From positions 361 through 64,360 of the forward strand of contig CALDPP010000012.1 of the NCBI GenBank assembly GCA_937911345.1: a DNA stretch of 64,000 nt, read 5' to 3'. The notes below the pieces were generated by a model. The model was not told where the DNA came from. It made no database searches and saw only the letters and a program-made list of their open reading frames with translations. This document shows, one piece after another, positions 10,349-20,053 of this stretch. This DNA is from an uncultured euryarchaeote (GTDB lineage: Archaea > Thermoplasmatota > Poseidoniia > Poseidoniales > Poseidoniaceae). Each line of letters opens with the position of its first letter. Position 1 is the first letter of the stretch. A program made the position numbers and the translations under genes.

Positions 10349-11395
10349 TTAGTTTGCTAACTTACTGAAAACTTGGATTACTTTGTCAATGTCTTCATCT
10401 GTTACATGCAAATGGACTACTGCTCTAACTGCTGTTGGACCAACATCTAACACATCGATGCCATTATTGGCTAACTCAGCCATCAATTTTTTAGCGCCCA
10501 TATCGCTATCAATGTAGACCATGTTTGTCTCAACTGAATCCAAATCTATAGTAAATCCATTCATCTTGCTGATGGACTCTGCTAGATGGTACGCCCTTGC
10601 ATGGTCTTCAGCCAATCTTTCGACATTATTTTCTAGGGCAAATAAACCACAGGCTGCCAAAAATCCAGACTGACGCATTCCACCGCCAAACAATTTTCTC
10701 CATCGACTGGCTTTAGCGATGAACTCCTGCGACCCAACTAGTACACTACCTACAGGAGCGCCCAGGCCCTTTGAAAGACAAATAGATACGGAATCAAAAT
10801 CTCTCAGCATTCTATCGATTGGAGTATTTGTTTTTATTGCCGCATTGAATATCCTCGCACCGTCCATGTGAATTACGCAATTATGTTCGTGGGCTGTTGC
10901 TGCTATTGCGTCCAAAGTATCTTGAGAGTAGCAAGTGCCACCGCCGCGATTAGCAGTATTTTCTACACAGACCATAGTGCCGTCGGGGTAATGTCCTAAA
11001 CTGCCCTCAGCTTTCCTGATTGCTTTAGCAACTGCTTCAGGAGTTAATTGACCTTTTTCACCGTCAATTAGAGCCACTGAGACACCTGATAAAGCAGCAT
11101 AACCGCCCCCTTCATACTGGTAGATATGGCTGGTTCTTTCCATAACAATTTCATCGCCGGGAGATGTGTGAGCTCTTATTGCAATGGCATTTGACATTGT
11201 TCCTGAGGGGACAAATAAGGCGGCCTCCATTGCGCACATCTTGGCCATCTTTTCTTCCAGTGCTCTAACTGTAGGATCATCTTGTAATACATCATCGCCA
11301 ACTACAGAAGCCATCATTGCTTCTTTCATTGCCTTCGTTGGTTGAGTAACTGTATCGCTGCGAAGGTCGATTCTATCAAGATTATACTCTCGCAT
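10349..11395 (-). CDS. ltaE: Low-specificity L-threonine aldolase
   Basis: DLRSDTVT, PSGTMSN, HMDGAR, PLP-lysine motif CLSKGLGAPVGS, GGGMRQ. Confidence 0.92.
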   Translation of the reverse strand: MREYNLDRIDLRSDTVTQPTKAMKEAMMASVVGDDVLQDDPTVRALEEKMAKMCAMEAALFVPSGTMSNAIAIRAHTSPGDEIVMERTSHIYQYEGGGYAALSGVSVALIDGEKGQLTPEAVAKAIRKAEGSLGHYPDGTMVCVENTANRGGGTCYSQDTLDAIAATAHEHNCVIHMDGARIFNAAIKTNTPIDRMLRDFDSVSICLSKGLGAPVGSVLVGSQEFIAKASRWRKLFGGGMRQSGFLAACGLFALENNVERLAEDHARAYHLAESISKMNGFTIDLDSVETNMVYIDSDMGAKKLMAELANNGIDVLDVGPTAVRAVVHLHVTDEDIDKVIQVFSKLAN

Positions 11396-11435
11396 GGTCT
11401 CACCAAATCGCCATCATTGATGAATTAGGCGGAAT

Positions 11436-11849
11436 TCAAAGTAATTTCAAATGGCCGGTTAAGTCATGCAATTTCTCTTCATTATCGGGTCCAAAGGCAA
11501 TTACGGTAAGCGAGCCGCTTGGGATTTGTGTTTTTCCTGCATCAGTTATTTTGACCGTTTGAATTCCGTTGATTTTAGCCTTTGATTCTAATTGGATTAG
11601 TTCATCGTAACTTGATTTCAAGCATACCTTTTTTTGCCCTGATTTCAACCAGGAATCTAAACTAGAGGGCCTATTTTCACCCGCTTTCAAGGTTGCAGTT
11701 ACTGAAGCATGACCTGCTTGTGCGGCGATTTTTCCTTTGCCCATTTTCAGATCATTGTTGATAACTAAGACTAATTTCGATGGATTGTTATCGATTATAT
11801 CATACATTTTAGGTGCTGTTAAACGATGGATAAACGAACGAAGACCCAA
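11436..11849 (-). CDS. pth2: Peptidyl-tRNA hydrolase Pth2 (copy 2)
   Basis: DLKMGKGKIAAQAGHA, GQKKVCLK, DAGKTQI, TGHLKLL. Confidence 0.9.
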   Translation of the reverse strand: MGLRSFIHRLTAPKMYDIIDNNPSKLVLVINNDLKMGKGKIAAQAGHASVTATLKAGENRPSSLDSWLKSGQKKVCLKSSYDELIQLESKAKINGIQTVKITDAGKTQIPSGSLTVIAFGPDNEEKLHDLTGHLKLL

Positions 11850-11862
11850 GTAACCACCCCGA

Positions 11863-12237
11863 CTAATACGGTTTTAATTCACCTGTTAATGCATTAATAC
11901 TACTTTTTGGCGCTGGTCCGATACCTAGCACTGTGATGGTACCCGGAGGTATTTCTGTGTGACCGGCATCTTTGACTAGGTGGGTAATTAATCCAGCAGA
12001 TTTAGCCTTGCCCATTATTTCCTTTAATGATTCGAGGCTGTCTATTGCGAGACTGATTTTACGCCCGCCACTAGATTGCCAACGCTCCATAATCCTAGGC
12101 TCGCTTTTCCTAGCAATTAGAGCACAACTTACTGCGGCATGCGAGCACTGTACAGCAACCTTGCCTGCTGATAATCTCAAATCTTTTCTGACTATCAAAG
12201 CCATAGAAGGGCCTTCATGTTCTTGTGACATATCCAT
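11863..12237 (-). CDS. pth2: Peptidyl-tRNA hydrolase Pth2 (copy 1)
   Basis: RKDLRLSAGKVAVQCSHA, DAGHTEIPPGTITVLGIGP, TGELK. Start at 12237 or 12231. Confidence 0.88.
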   Translation of the reverse strand: MDMSQEHEGPSMALIVRKDLRLSAGKVAVQCSHAAVSCALIARKSEPRIMERWQSSGGRKISLAIDSLESLKEIMGKAKSAGLITHLVKDAGHTEIPPGTITVLGIGPAPKSSINALTGELKPY

Positions 12238-12871
12238 CGACAACTTTCTGCTCAATTTCCTCCATAGACTGGAATTTTGTGATTGCTTCGCTAAACCATC
12301 TTCCAAACCAAGCAGCAATGGTTACATTGCCAACCGCGTGGAGTATATCATAGGGTATTCCGTTGAGTAAGTACATCATAAATCCAGAAAGACTTACTGT
12401 TCCTAACACGCTTAATGAGACAATGATGTCGAATAAAAATGCGCAAATTACTGCATAGCCGAAGGTTCTGTTTAATTGCAATTGACCATCGATAATGATT
12501 TTTGAGGATGAGCCGATAATTGCAACTACTGACCATCCTATCGCTTGGTACAGTGTCCATATTCCGTCCCCAATGATAAAATTGGAAATCATAGTAACCA
12601 ATACCGCAAAGGCGACTCCTCTGCGAGCACCTAATTGTGCACCAATAATCAGAGCTGCAACGGTTACGGGTTGGATATTTGGCAGAGGTGTCATAACAAC
12701 TCTGAGTAATGAAACACTAGTTATCAATGTCACAAAGGTAAGAACATTACTCGCTTTCTTCATGTCTGGAGATGCTAACATCCAAAATGCTAGTGATAGT
12801 AAAATTACATCAATTACCAATCCAGTGACTGGCCCGAGCACCGGACCATGGATGCCATATGACTGGAACAT
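12215..12871 (-). CDS. ECF transporter S component, CbrT-like (cobalamin?)
   Basis: About 6-7 TM helices. PLPNIQPVT...G...SNFIIGDGIWTLYQAIGW and GIPYDILHAVGN resemble the CbrT-type S-component signature. Confidence 0.7.
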   Translation of the reverse strand: MFQSYGIHGPVLGPVTGLVIDVILLSLAFWMLASPDMKKASNVLTFVTLITSVSLLRVVMTPLPNIQPVTVAALIIGAQLGARRGVAFAVLVTMISNFIIGDGIWTLYQAIGWSVVAIIGSSSKIIIDGQLQLNRTFGYAVICAFLFDIIVSLSVLGTVSLSGFMMYLLNGIPYDILHAVGNVTIAAWFGRWFSEAITKFQSMEEIEQKVVDGYVTRT

Positions 12872-12911
12872 GACCAAGCCTAGAGGTTGAATGTCTTGAG
12901 CATTGCCTAAA

Positions 12912-14600
12912 CTAGAGTTGTTTCCATACTACAATACCATCTGATTGAAGGTCGCTAAATTCGGCTGATACTGTTCCTGGCTGCCCATTAACGGTATATT
13001 CCCATCCCTCTCCTGCAACATTATCAATACTAACGACATATTTTCCAAGACTGCTTTCGATTATTTCAATCTCAAGTCCTTGTTGATTAGCAGCTTCTAT
13101 CGTTGCCTCAAGGACATCATCATTACCCAATAATCCCCCTGTAACAATGGTTTCTTGCTTGAATTCAAAGACGACTATCTGCGTGCCTAGCCATTCATCT
13201 GGCCAATCATCATTCCATGCATCTGTGGCGGGGGCTTCATCATTGACTAGATCTGACCAAGCCTCAATAATATCACTAAATGAAAAGAAGAGTAAAATTG
13301 TTACAAACAGGATAAAGAATTTGAACGCGGATTGGAATCTTTCTCTTAGTAGTTGAATGCTCGATGTTGAGATTAGAATTAGTGCTGATAAAATAACTAG
13401 AATTGTTGGCCAATCTGAATCTTGTTTATCGTATGAAATTGGGGTGTTATCTGTTGAATACATTTTCAAATTCGCATTATCATTGACCAACAACATGTAT
13501 TTGATGCCGTCTGAGGTCCAAGATTCTATACCTGCAGTGCCGTACCAATCATCTACATAATTCAGCATACCAAGTGGAATTAAATCGCCTTGTGTCGATA
13601 ATTCGAAATGTCCATAACCACCATCTAACGTGTTCTGCGGCAACATTACTGTTCCAAATACAATAGATATCTCCCCGTTGGATTTGAATGATTCAGAATC
13701 CTTGACTGTGCATTGAATCCCACATGAAATACTTGTCAAATACTGAGAATCGGTGGTTATCACATAACCATCAATAATTATCGGTATGCCAGGACTATAG
13801 CCTGAATGTGTTACAACAGACGACTGTTCAGAGGTGGTGTTAAAATGGTAAATTGTACTCCCGCTATCAGTTTGTAAATGAATTAACAGGTTATCATTAG
13901 ACAATTGAATTGGTGCATGTCTTATTTTGCCTTGAGCGAGGAAGTGTTTTGTTGCATTTTGGTTATTCGCTGACCATAGATTGCCCTCCTCATCACCAAC
14001 CCAATAAGAATCTCCAACGAATGTAACACCATTCCGCCAACCTAGTCCTATTTCATGAGAGAATTGAATAGCGCCATCTAGACATAATTTGTCGATACCT
14101 TGCCTCGTGGGAATAGTTACTGTTTCACCCTCGATTAACATACTGCCTGTAATGCCCCAAGAGTTCACTTCAGTTTGGTACTGCCAAACAATGGTACCAG
14201 TGTTAGCGTTTAATGCTTGAAATAAGCCATTTGACCAACCAACAAGTACCATGTCTGGCCAACTTCCACAGTCCCCTACACCTGAGTCAACATATTCTAG
14301 TGGAGTCATGTCCTGAAATGTCGAATTTGGATTCTCTACTCGCCACACTTCATCTCCAGCAAAATTCAAGGAATACACTGACGGTATTCCCTGAGACAAA
14401 CTTGACGATGAGGTTCTAACAAAAATTCCTGAATCAGAGGAAATTGGTTTAGTAGAAACGTAAACCTCACCAAAATCAAGGTTCCATCGCTGAGTGAACT
14501 CTCCCTCGTCTTGACTTTGACTTGCTTCTCCACTAACAATCGGTAAGCAAAAAGTGGCAATTACTACCAATAGTAGAAGTTTTGAACGCATTTTATTCAC
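12912..14600 (-). CDS. Secreted PQQ-like beta-propeller protein with two TM helices and a C-terminal DUF4430 (transcobalamin-like) domain
   Basis: Signal peptide, propeller repeats (ALNANTGTIVWQYQ), hydrophobic hairpin, then LGKYVVSIDNV..GWEYTVNG..GTVSA..LQSDGIVVW. Confidence 0.7.
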   Translation of the reverse strand: MNKMRSKLLLLVVIATFCLPIVSGEASQSQDEGEFTQRWNLDFGEVYVSTKPISSDSGIFVRTSSSSLSQGIPSVYSLNFAGDEVWRVENPNSTFQDMTPLEYVDSGVGDCGSWPDMVLVGWSNGLFQALNANTGTIVWQYQTEVNSWGITGSMLIEGETVTIPTRQGIDKLCLDGAIQFSHEIGLGWRNGVTFVGDSYWVGDEEGNLWSANNQNATKHFLAQGKIRHAPIQLSNDNLLIHLQTDSGSTIYHFNTTSEQSSVVTHSGYSPGIPIIIDGYVITTDSQYLTSISCGIQCTVKDSESFKSNGEISIVFGTVMLPQNTLDGGYGHFELSTQGDLIPLGMLNYVDDWYGTAGIESWTSDGIKYMLLVNDNANLKMYSTDNTPISYDKQDSDWPTILVILSALILISTSSIQLLRERFQSAFKFFILFVTILLFFSFSDIIEAWSDLVNDEAPATDAWNDDWPDEWLGTQIVVFEFKQETIVTGGLLGNDDVLEATIEAANQQGLEIEIIESSLGKYVVSIDNVAGEGWEYTVNGQPGTVSAEFSDLQSDGIVVWKQL

Positions 14601-16627
14601 TTTGTTGCATCAAGGATTGCCTGTTTTAACAGTGCACTAACTGCTTTTCCGTCGGCTGCACCGGCTTGCTGCATAACTACGCCCATCAATGGGCCGATAG
14701 CGCCCATTCCACGCTCCTTAACAAAATCCAGCCTCTCAGCAACAACGGCAGCAATTATATCGCCAAGTTCGGATTCATCTGCGGGTTTCAAACCATGCTG
14801 TTCAGCATAAGCAATGATATCGGAAATCTCGGGGATATGCCCGGCAAAATGGGCAATTACGTCATTAATTGCTTCTCTAGTAATCTCTCCAGCCTCCTTC
14901 GCCGATAATACTAGGCTGGACAGACGTGGGTCAATCTCATCATTCTCTAATAGTACAGCAGCCCATGCTTTGGCTGGCAAACCGCCTTGATACTCAACAA
15001 AAACGTCATCTAACTCTCTAGCAAGAATTTGGTCTTTTTGATCCGCTGATACATCGAACTGGTTCATCCTTGTTTGTCGCTGGCTATCGGTCATAGGCAG
15101 ATTATCGATTATGGATTGCCACTTTTGTGAATCAATCGTTTGGGCAGGAATATCCGTTTCTGGATACATCCGAGCCCCTCCGGGAAGCGGCCTCATTGGG
15201 GCTGTAGTTCCATCATCTGGAGCTCCTTTCTTGATGACCACGTTGCGAACTTCTTGGGGGATTCGATGCCAAGCTGCTCTTGCTCTTAGCAAAACACTCT
15301 CTAAGGCTAATTCTGCTTGCCATTTCGGAGCTAAACAAAGCACGAATCCGTCATCATCAGATAATTTGAGTGCTTTTCTTACACTCTCAACATTACTGAT
15401 TTCTATGCCATATGCCGGTAGTTCATCAGAATGGAATACGCCCTTGACACCTGCTAATTTTGCTGCCCCTGCTAGTTCTCTCCCGAGCCTTGGTAATTGA
15501 GAGCCTTCGCTATCGACTTGCTTGGTACCGATTTTGCCGGCCAAACCCGGCAATGGTAACGCTAACATTGTGTAGGATTTTTGCAATCCGTTCACGACCA
15601 TCTTTGATTCGCAATCTGTGAAAAACTCGGTAACATCGGTTAACTGAAGTGGTAGGAACTGTGCTACCTTATCCCGTACTGATGCTTCGGTTGAAGCGTC
15701 ATCAAGTCTCCTATCACTAGGCAAAGCCGGTAGTGACAATTGGCCCCTGAGTGTATTTGCTAAACGATAAAAATGTAGTTGACGGGCCATTTCTAACTTG
15801 ATTATTCTTGGAATCCAGTTGAGGTCTTGACAGCCTTTTATTTCTATTCTATCGCCACAAGCAATTGACACATTCAAATCCTGTCTTATGCTTCCAAGAC
15901 CTCGCCTTACTCGACGGGTTTGCCGTAATGTTCTACCCAGTGCAATCGATGTTTCTTTGGCATGTTCAGGAGTCTTAACATCAGGATCGGTGGCTATTTC
16001 GATTAATGGCAGACCCAGTCTATCTAAATTGTAAATAACACACTCACCTGTATCGGTGGCATAAGTATCGAGTTTTCTAGCACTGTCTTCTTCGAGACAC
16101 AACACGGAAATTCCAACTGGGTCTGATGAGGTTTCCAAAGTACCGCCTGTTGATATTAACGTCGTTCTCTGAAAACCACTAGTGTTTGATCCATCAACAA
16201 CGGTCTTTCTCATGGTCTGCAGTAATGATACCGGTTTTGCGTTGAGTAATGCTGATGTTGTCAAAGCAATATCTAGTGCTGATTCATCATGAGTTAACGG
16301 TGGTTGGTCGTCTAATTCTATTAGACCCGAATTTGGCGATTGGACGTACTCGAATGATCGATTACGTCTTGTTTCAAATCGGGCGGCGATGTCTATTTTT
16401 CCACCCTCTCCTCTTGCTGCTCTCAATTTACGAGAAAAACGCGGCCAATCCTCAGGCAAGGTATCCATCGTGACATCATAAAGGTCGCCGGGTTGTCTAG
16501 AATGTAATTTTCCAGTTGCTAACTGTTGATGAACTTCAATGCCGCACATAAAGCCCAATTTATCTGGGTTAAGCGCCTCAGCATCAGCGATATCGCCTTC
16601 TGGTTCTGGGAAATGCGACTCCGCCAT
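14597..16627 (-). CDS. gatE: Glu-tRNA(Gln) amidotransferase subunit E
   Basis: GIEVHQQL, RKTVVDGSNTSGFQRT, LEEDSAR, LDRLGLPLIEIAT, RRGLGSIRQDLNVSI, RPLPGGARMYPETD. Confidence 0.96.
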   Translation of the reverse strand: MAESHFPEPEGDIADAEALNPDKLGFMCGIEVHQQLATGKLHSRQPGDLYDVTMDTLPEDWPRFSRKLRAARGEGGKIDIAARFETRRNRSFEYVQSPNSGLIELDDQPPLTHDESALDIALTTSALLNAKPVSLLQTMRKTVVDGSNTSGFQRTTLISTGGTLETSSDPVGISVLCLEEDSARKLDTYATDTGECVIYNLDRLGLPLIEIATDPDVKTPEHAKETSIALGRTLRQTRRVRRGLGSIRQDLNVSIACGDRIEIKGCQDLNWIPRIIKLEMARQLHFYRLANTLRGQLSLPALPSDRRLDDASTEASVRDKVAQFLPLQLTDVTEFFTDCESKMVVNGLQKSYTMLALPLPGLAGKIGTKQVDSEGSQLPRLGRELAGAAKLAGVKGVFHSDELPAYGIEISNVESVRKALKLSDDDGFVLCLAPKWQAELALESVLLRARAAWHRIPQEVRNVVIKKGAPDDGTTAPMRPLPGGARMYPETDIPAQTIDSQKWQSIIDNLPMTDSQRQTRMNQFDVSADQKDQILARELDDVFVEYQGGLPAKAWAAVLLENDEIDPRLSSLVLSAKEAGEITREAINDVIAHFAGHIPEISDIIAYAEQHGLKPADESELGDIIAAVVAERLDFVKERGMGAIGPLMGVVMQQAGAADGKAVSALLKQAILDATK

Positions 16628-16664
16628 AGTTATCCCAGTAGTTCATTATTCAAGATAGCAGCGA

Positions 16665-18794
16665 TTATCTAAGTGTTTGAATTGTATCATAGCCTCTTGG
16701 CAACATCAATGTTCCATCTCTAACCATCTTTTCAATCATGTTGTCAACTTTGCCACGGTCAACATTATGATTCTGCATTTCATTATAGATGTCAATTCTG
16801 TTGGCATACTTGATTGACTCTTTTGACCTTGATTCTAGATCCCTAATTGTATCTAACAAAATTCTTTCATGGTTTCTAGCAGATGCTTTTCTACCGGTTT
16901 GTAATGTAGTTTCGTCAAAATTATCGCCCATCAATTCATTACGCCAAGTTCTCGTCAAACGAATTGCTCTTTCAACATCCTCGATGTTAGCGATTTCTGA
17001 TAATCTAATTCTCGCACTTGCTTCCGCCATTCGGGCAACTGCTTCTAGAGAACGAGCGGTTATTGATACGCTATCTGATGATTCCCCGCCCTTTTTCCTA
17101 GTTTCAACGTAGAATTCTACAATTCGGCTTCTAGCTTCTTCATCCAATTTTGGATGAATCGCCCTTTTTGAATATGCAATATATTTTCTAATTAGGGCTT
17201 TAGTCAGTATTTCATCCCCGTCTTGAGATTTCTGAGTTGCAGAAGAAAGTTTTCTTGATGGGTCTGGAGCACTTCCTTGATTTACTAACAGCTCGCTGGT
17301 ACCAAGCAATCGATTATTGATTATATGTTGAGCGATTTTGGCGTCTCTATCCTGCTCGGCGTTGTCTGTTAACAACCAAATTATATCAAACCGAGAAATC
17401 AATGGCGGGGCCAAATTAATCTGAGCGGTAAATGGAGTATCTGATACTGGTTCAAATCGTCCACTCTTTGGGTTGGCCGCTGCCAATACTGCGCAACGAG
17501 TCCTGAGACTTGCGTTTATCCCTGCCTTAGAAATTGAAATTGTTTGTTGCTCCATTGCCTCGTGCATACTTGATCTATCGGCCTCGTTCATCTTATCGAA
17601 TTCGTCAATCGATGCTAGTCCCAAATCAGCCAAAACCAAGGCACCGGCTTCCAAAGTCCAACGACCATCTGCAGCCGAGTCTTGTACTGCTGCTGCAGTT
17701 AATCCGGCGGCAGAAGCCGATTGTCCTGAAGTAAATTGACCGCGTGGTGAAATCTTGGACATATAATCTAGCAATTGTGATTTCGCAACTCCGGGATCAC
17801 CCATGAGTAAAATGTGAATATCCCCGCGATTTCTTGTTCCATCCGGGTTAAGTCTGGCAACGCCGCCGAATAATTGGAGCATTAGTGACTCCTTTACTCG
17901 GTCCATACCAAAAATAGAGGGAGCAATACTTTTGCTGAACAAATCATAGATGTCTGAGCGACTGGCTAATTCCTTAATTTCTAACTCTTCATCTTCGGTA
18001 ATAAGAATCTCTTCGAGTGGAACATTTTGTCGCTCAAGGGAATGGATTCTGAGGAAAATATCGAACACCGGTGTGTCCTTGCCACCTTTTCTTTGTGACC
18101 GAATAAATAACACTCCGTTGGCTTTGACTCTGTCGCCGGGGTTCAATTTCCCGGCAATATCATGTTCACCAATACAAATTATCCGTTCTGGTTGTATTCC
18201 ACCTTTCAATTGCTCTGGAGACTCCTGAAGTTCAATAAATTGTGAATTGATTAAAATTGAATCATCTTCTTGCAAGGCAAATCTTGTTTGACGTTTTTGT
18301 CTTCCACATCCACCATCGATTTGAGAGCATTCTAGCGGTTCAATTAGTTCTTGTTCGTTTGGTTGTTTGACTTCAGTAATATGTCCACAAGAGGAACACA
18401 TGAAAGATGCTGAATAAATTCTTGGCCGTACGCCGGAAATTTTTGTCGCAATAGCATCTATTGCTAGCATCATTCCAATGTCATCGGCTCTAAGTTGTGA
18501 TACTGTTCGAATTTGATCGCTGGGCAAGTGTACGATTCGGACAAATGGATACATAGATGTGTGCCCTTCGTCTTGAAGAAATTGCCTTAGTGCTTGATTC
18601 GCAGCCTGGAAATGTAAGTCAGGATGAGCAATTATGTTCTGAGCAAATTCATCGTCAAATCCTTCAATATCACGGTATGAAACCTCGAGAGATTGTTCAT
18701 CAGGCCACTTTTGGGCAAGGTTGTGCACTGCTTCGGCATACAAATCTTGGATCATAGAAGTCCACCTTGCAGCTAAATCAAACTCTTGCAACAC
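16665..18794 (-). CDS. mcm: MCM replicative helicase (no intein)
   Basis: Zn finger CSSC..C....C, GDPGVAKSQ, IDEFDK, HEAMEQQTISISKAGI, SRFD. A GGTGA SD lies before GTG 18794 / TTG 18791. Confidence 0.97.
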   Translation of the reverse strand: MLQEFDLAARWTSMIQDLYAEAVHNLAQKWPDEQSLEVSYRDIEGFDDEFAQNIIAHPDLHFQAANQALRQFLQDEGHTSMYPFVRIVHLPSDQIRTVSQLRADDIGMMLAIDAIATKISGVRPRIYSASFMCSSCGHITEVKQPNEQELIEPLECSQIDGGCGRQKRQTRFALQEDDSILINSQFIELQESPEQLKGGIQPERIICIGEHDIAGKLNPGDRVKANGVLFIRSQRKGGKDTPVFDIFLRIHSLERQNVPLEEILITEDEELEIKELASRSDIYDLFSKSIAPSIFGMDRVKESLMLQLFGGVARLNPDGTRNRGDIHILLMGDPGVAKSQLLDYMSKISPRGQFTSGQSASAAGLTAAAVQDSAADGRWTLEAGALVLADLGLASIDEFDKMNEADRSSMHEAMEQQTISISKAGINASLRTRCAVLAAANPKSGRFEPVSDTPFTAQINLAPPLISRFDIIWLLTDNAEQDRDAKIAQHIINNRLLGTSELLVNQGSAPDPSRKLSSATQKSQDGDEILTKALIRKYIAYSKRAIHPKLDEEARSRIVEFYVETRKKGGESSDSVSITARSLEAVARMAEASARIRLSEIANIEDVERAIRLTRTWRNELMGDNFDETTLQTGRKASARNHERILLDTIRDLESRSKESIKYANRIDIYNEMQNHNVDRGKVDNMIEKMVRDGTLMLPRGYDTIQTLR

Positions 18795-18871
18795 AAATAT
18801 CACCAAACCTACTACGCTAGACTAACAGACTATTTGGCCACGGTATATCATTACTTCTATCAATTCTCAAG

Positions 18872-18892
18872 ACCCCTCGGTTTCCACTGGAG
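18872..18892 (-). promoter_or_regulatory. Origin recognition box (ORB)-like Orc1/Cdc6 site
   Basis: Minus strand reads CTCCAGTGGAAACCGAGGGGT, matching the archaeal ORB pattern TCCA-xx-GAAAC plus a G-string. Confidence 0.65.
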
Positions 18893-18992
18893 TTTTCCTT
18901 CACTCTACCATGCGTTTCTTGGAGCATTTTTCATGTCCATTGTAACTTGCGCCAACCGTCGAACAAATCAGTAATGACCCCATGGACTGTTC

Positions 18993-20015
18993 ATGCCCGA
19001 GCATAGTTTTGCACCTATTGAAGGAAGCATTGAACGACTAACCATTGACTCGGATTTGCTGAATAATCGCCTAGGCGACCCGACCAAAAGAGAGGTCATG
19101 GTTCATATTCCACGACAGGGGTTAGAATTGATTGAACAGGGTGGCAAACTACCGGTAATGATTTACCTGGCACCTTTTACTTCTTCGGGTTTAGCTCGAG
19201 CAGGTTGGAAGGCATTTGCTGAAACCCTACCGCAAAGACATGAGAGATTGGTCAACGATGAGAAAATGCCGCCGACTATTCTTGTTCTACCAGATTGCTT
19301 TACCTCACTAGGTGGAAACCAATTTGTTGACTCGGAAATTATGGGGAAATGGGGTTCATGGCTTCATAAGTCGCTAAAACCAACCATTGTAGAGCGCTAC
19401 TCCACAAATGGTAAATTCGCCTTATTTGGTAAATCATCTGGAGGATATGGTGCCCTACACAATGCAATCTCACATGAGGGAGAATGGAATGCTATTGCTT
19501 CCCATTCTGGTGATGTTGGATTTGATGTACTATATCGCTCTGACTTCCCCACTACTGCTACTCAAATAAACCAACAAGGAAATCTGGATAATTTCCTCAC
19601 ACACGTCAAGAAATGTAGTAAATTAAGTGGGGATGATTTCCATGCGCTAATGATTTGTGCAATGGCTGCGTCTTACGATTCTAAAGAAATTCACAACACT
19701 GGGATTAGTATTAGGCTACCATTTGATCTCGAAACATGTACCTTGGATAATGCGGCTTGGAATAATTGGTTAGCATTTGACCCATTATATTCAATTAAAA
19801 ATAATGGCAATTCGCTCAAAAACCTAGATTTGTTGTACATCGATTGCGGCAACAAAGACCAATATGGTATCCAATACGGCAGCCGGAAATTAATAAAAAT
19901 CTTACAAAAGCATGGTATAGAACACCACTGGGAAGAATTTGAAGGAACTCATTCTGGTATTGAACATAGATTAGATATCAGCATGCCTATGCTCGCAAAA
20001 GTGCTCTATAACTGA
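18993..20015 (+). CDS. Alpha/beta-hydrolase, putative esterase (Fes/PF00756-like)
   Basis: Nucleophile elbow GKSSGG, IDCGNKDQY, catalytic His in EGTHSG. Confidence 0.8.
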   Translation: MPEHSFAPIEGSIERLTIDSDLLNNRLGDPTKREVMVHIPRQGLELIEQGGKLPVMIYLAPFTSSGLARAGWKAFAETLPQRHERLVNDEKMPPTILVLPDCFTSLGGNQFVDSEIMGKWGSWLHKSLKPTIVERYSTNGKFALFGKSSGGYGALHNAISHEGEWNAIASHSGDVGFDVLYRSDFPTTATQINQQGNLDNFLTHVKKCSKLSGDDFHALMICAMAASYDSKEIHNTGISIRLPFDLETCTLDNAAWNNWLAFDPLYSIKNNGNSLKNLDLLYIDCGNKDQYGIQYGSRKLIKILQKHGIEHHWEEFEGTHSGIEHRLDISMPMLAKVLYN

Positions 20016-20053
20016 GCCGATTTATTCATTGCCTGTCTACTGCTGGAACAATT

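Noticed and set aside
18820-18940. Short minus-strand ORFs, or an RNase P-like RNA, in the mcm upstream gap
   Set aside because: The ORFs are 11 and 36 codons with no motif. The region is too short for RNase P RNA and lacks P4 pairing.
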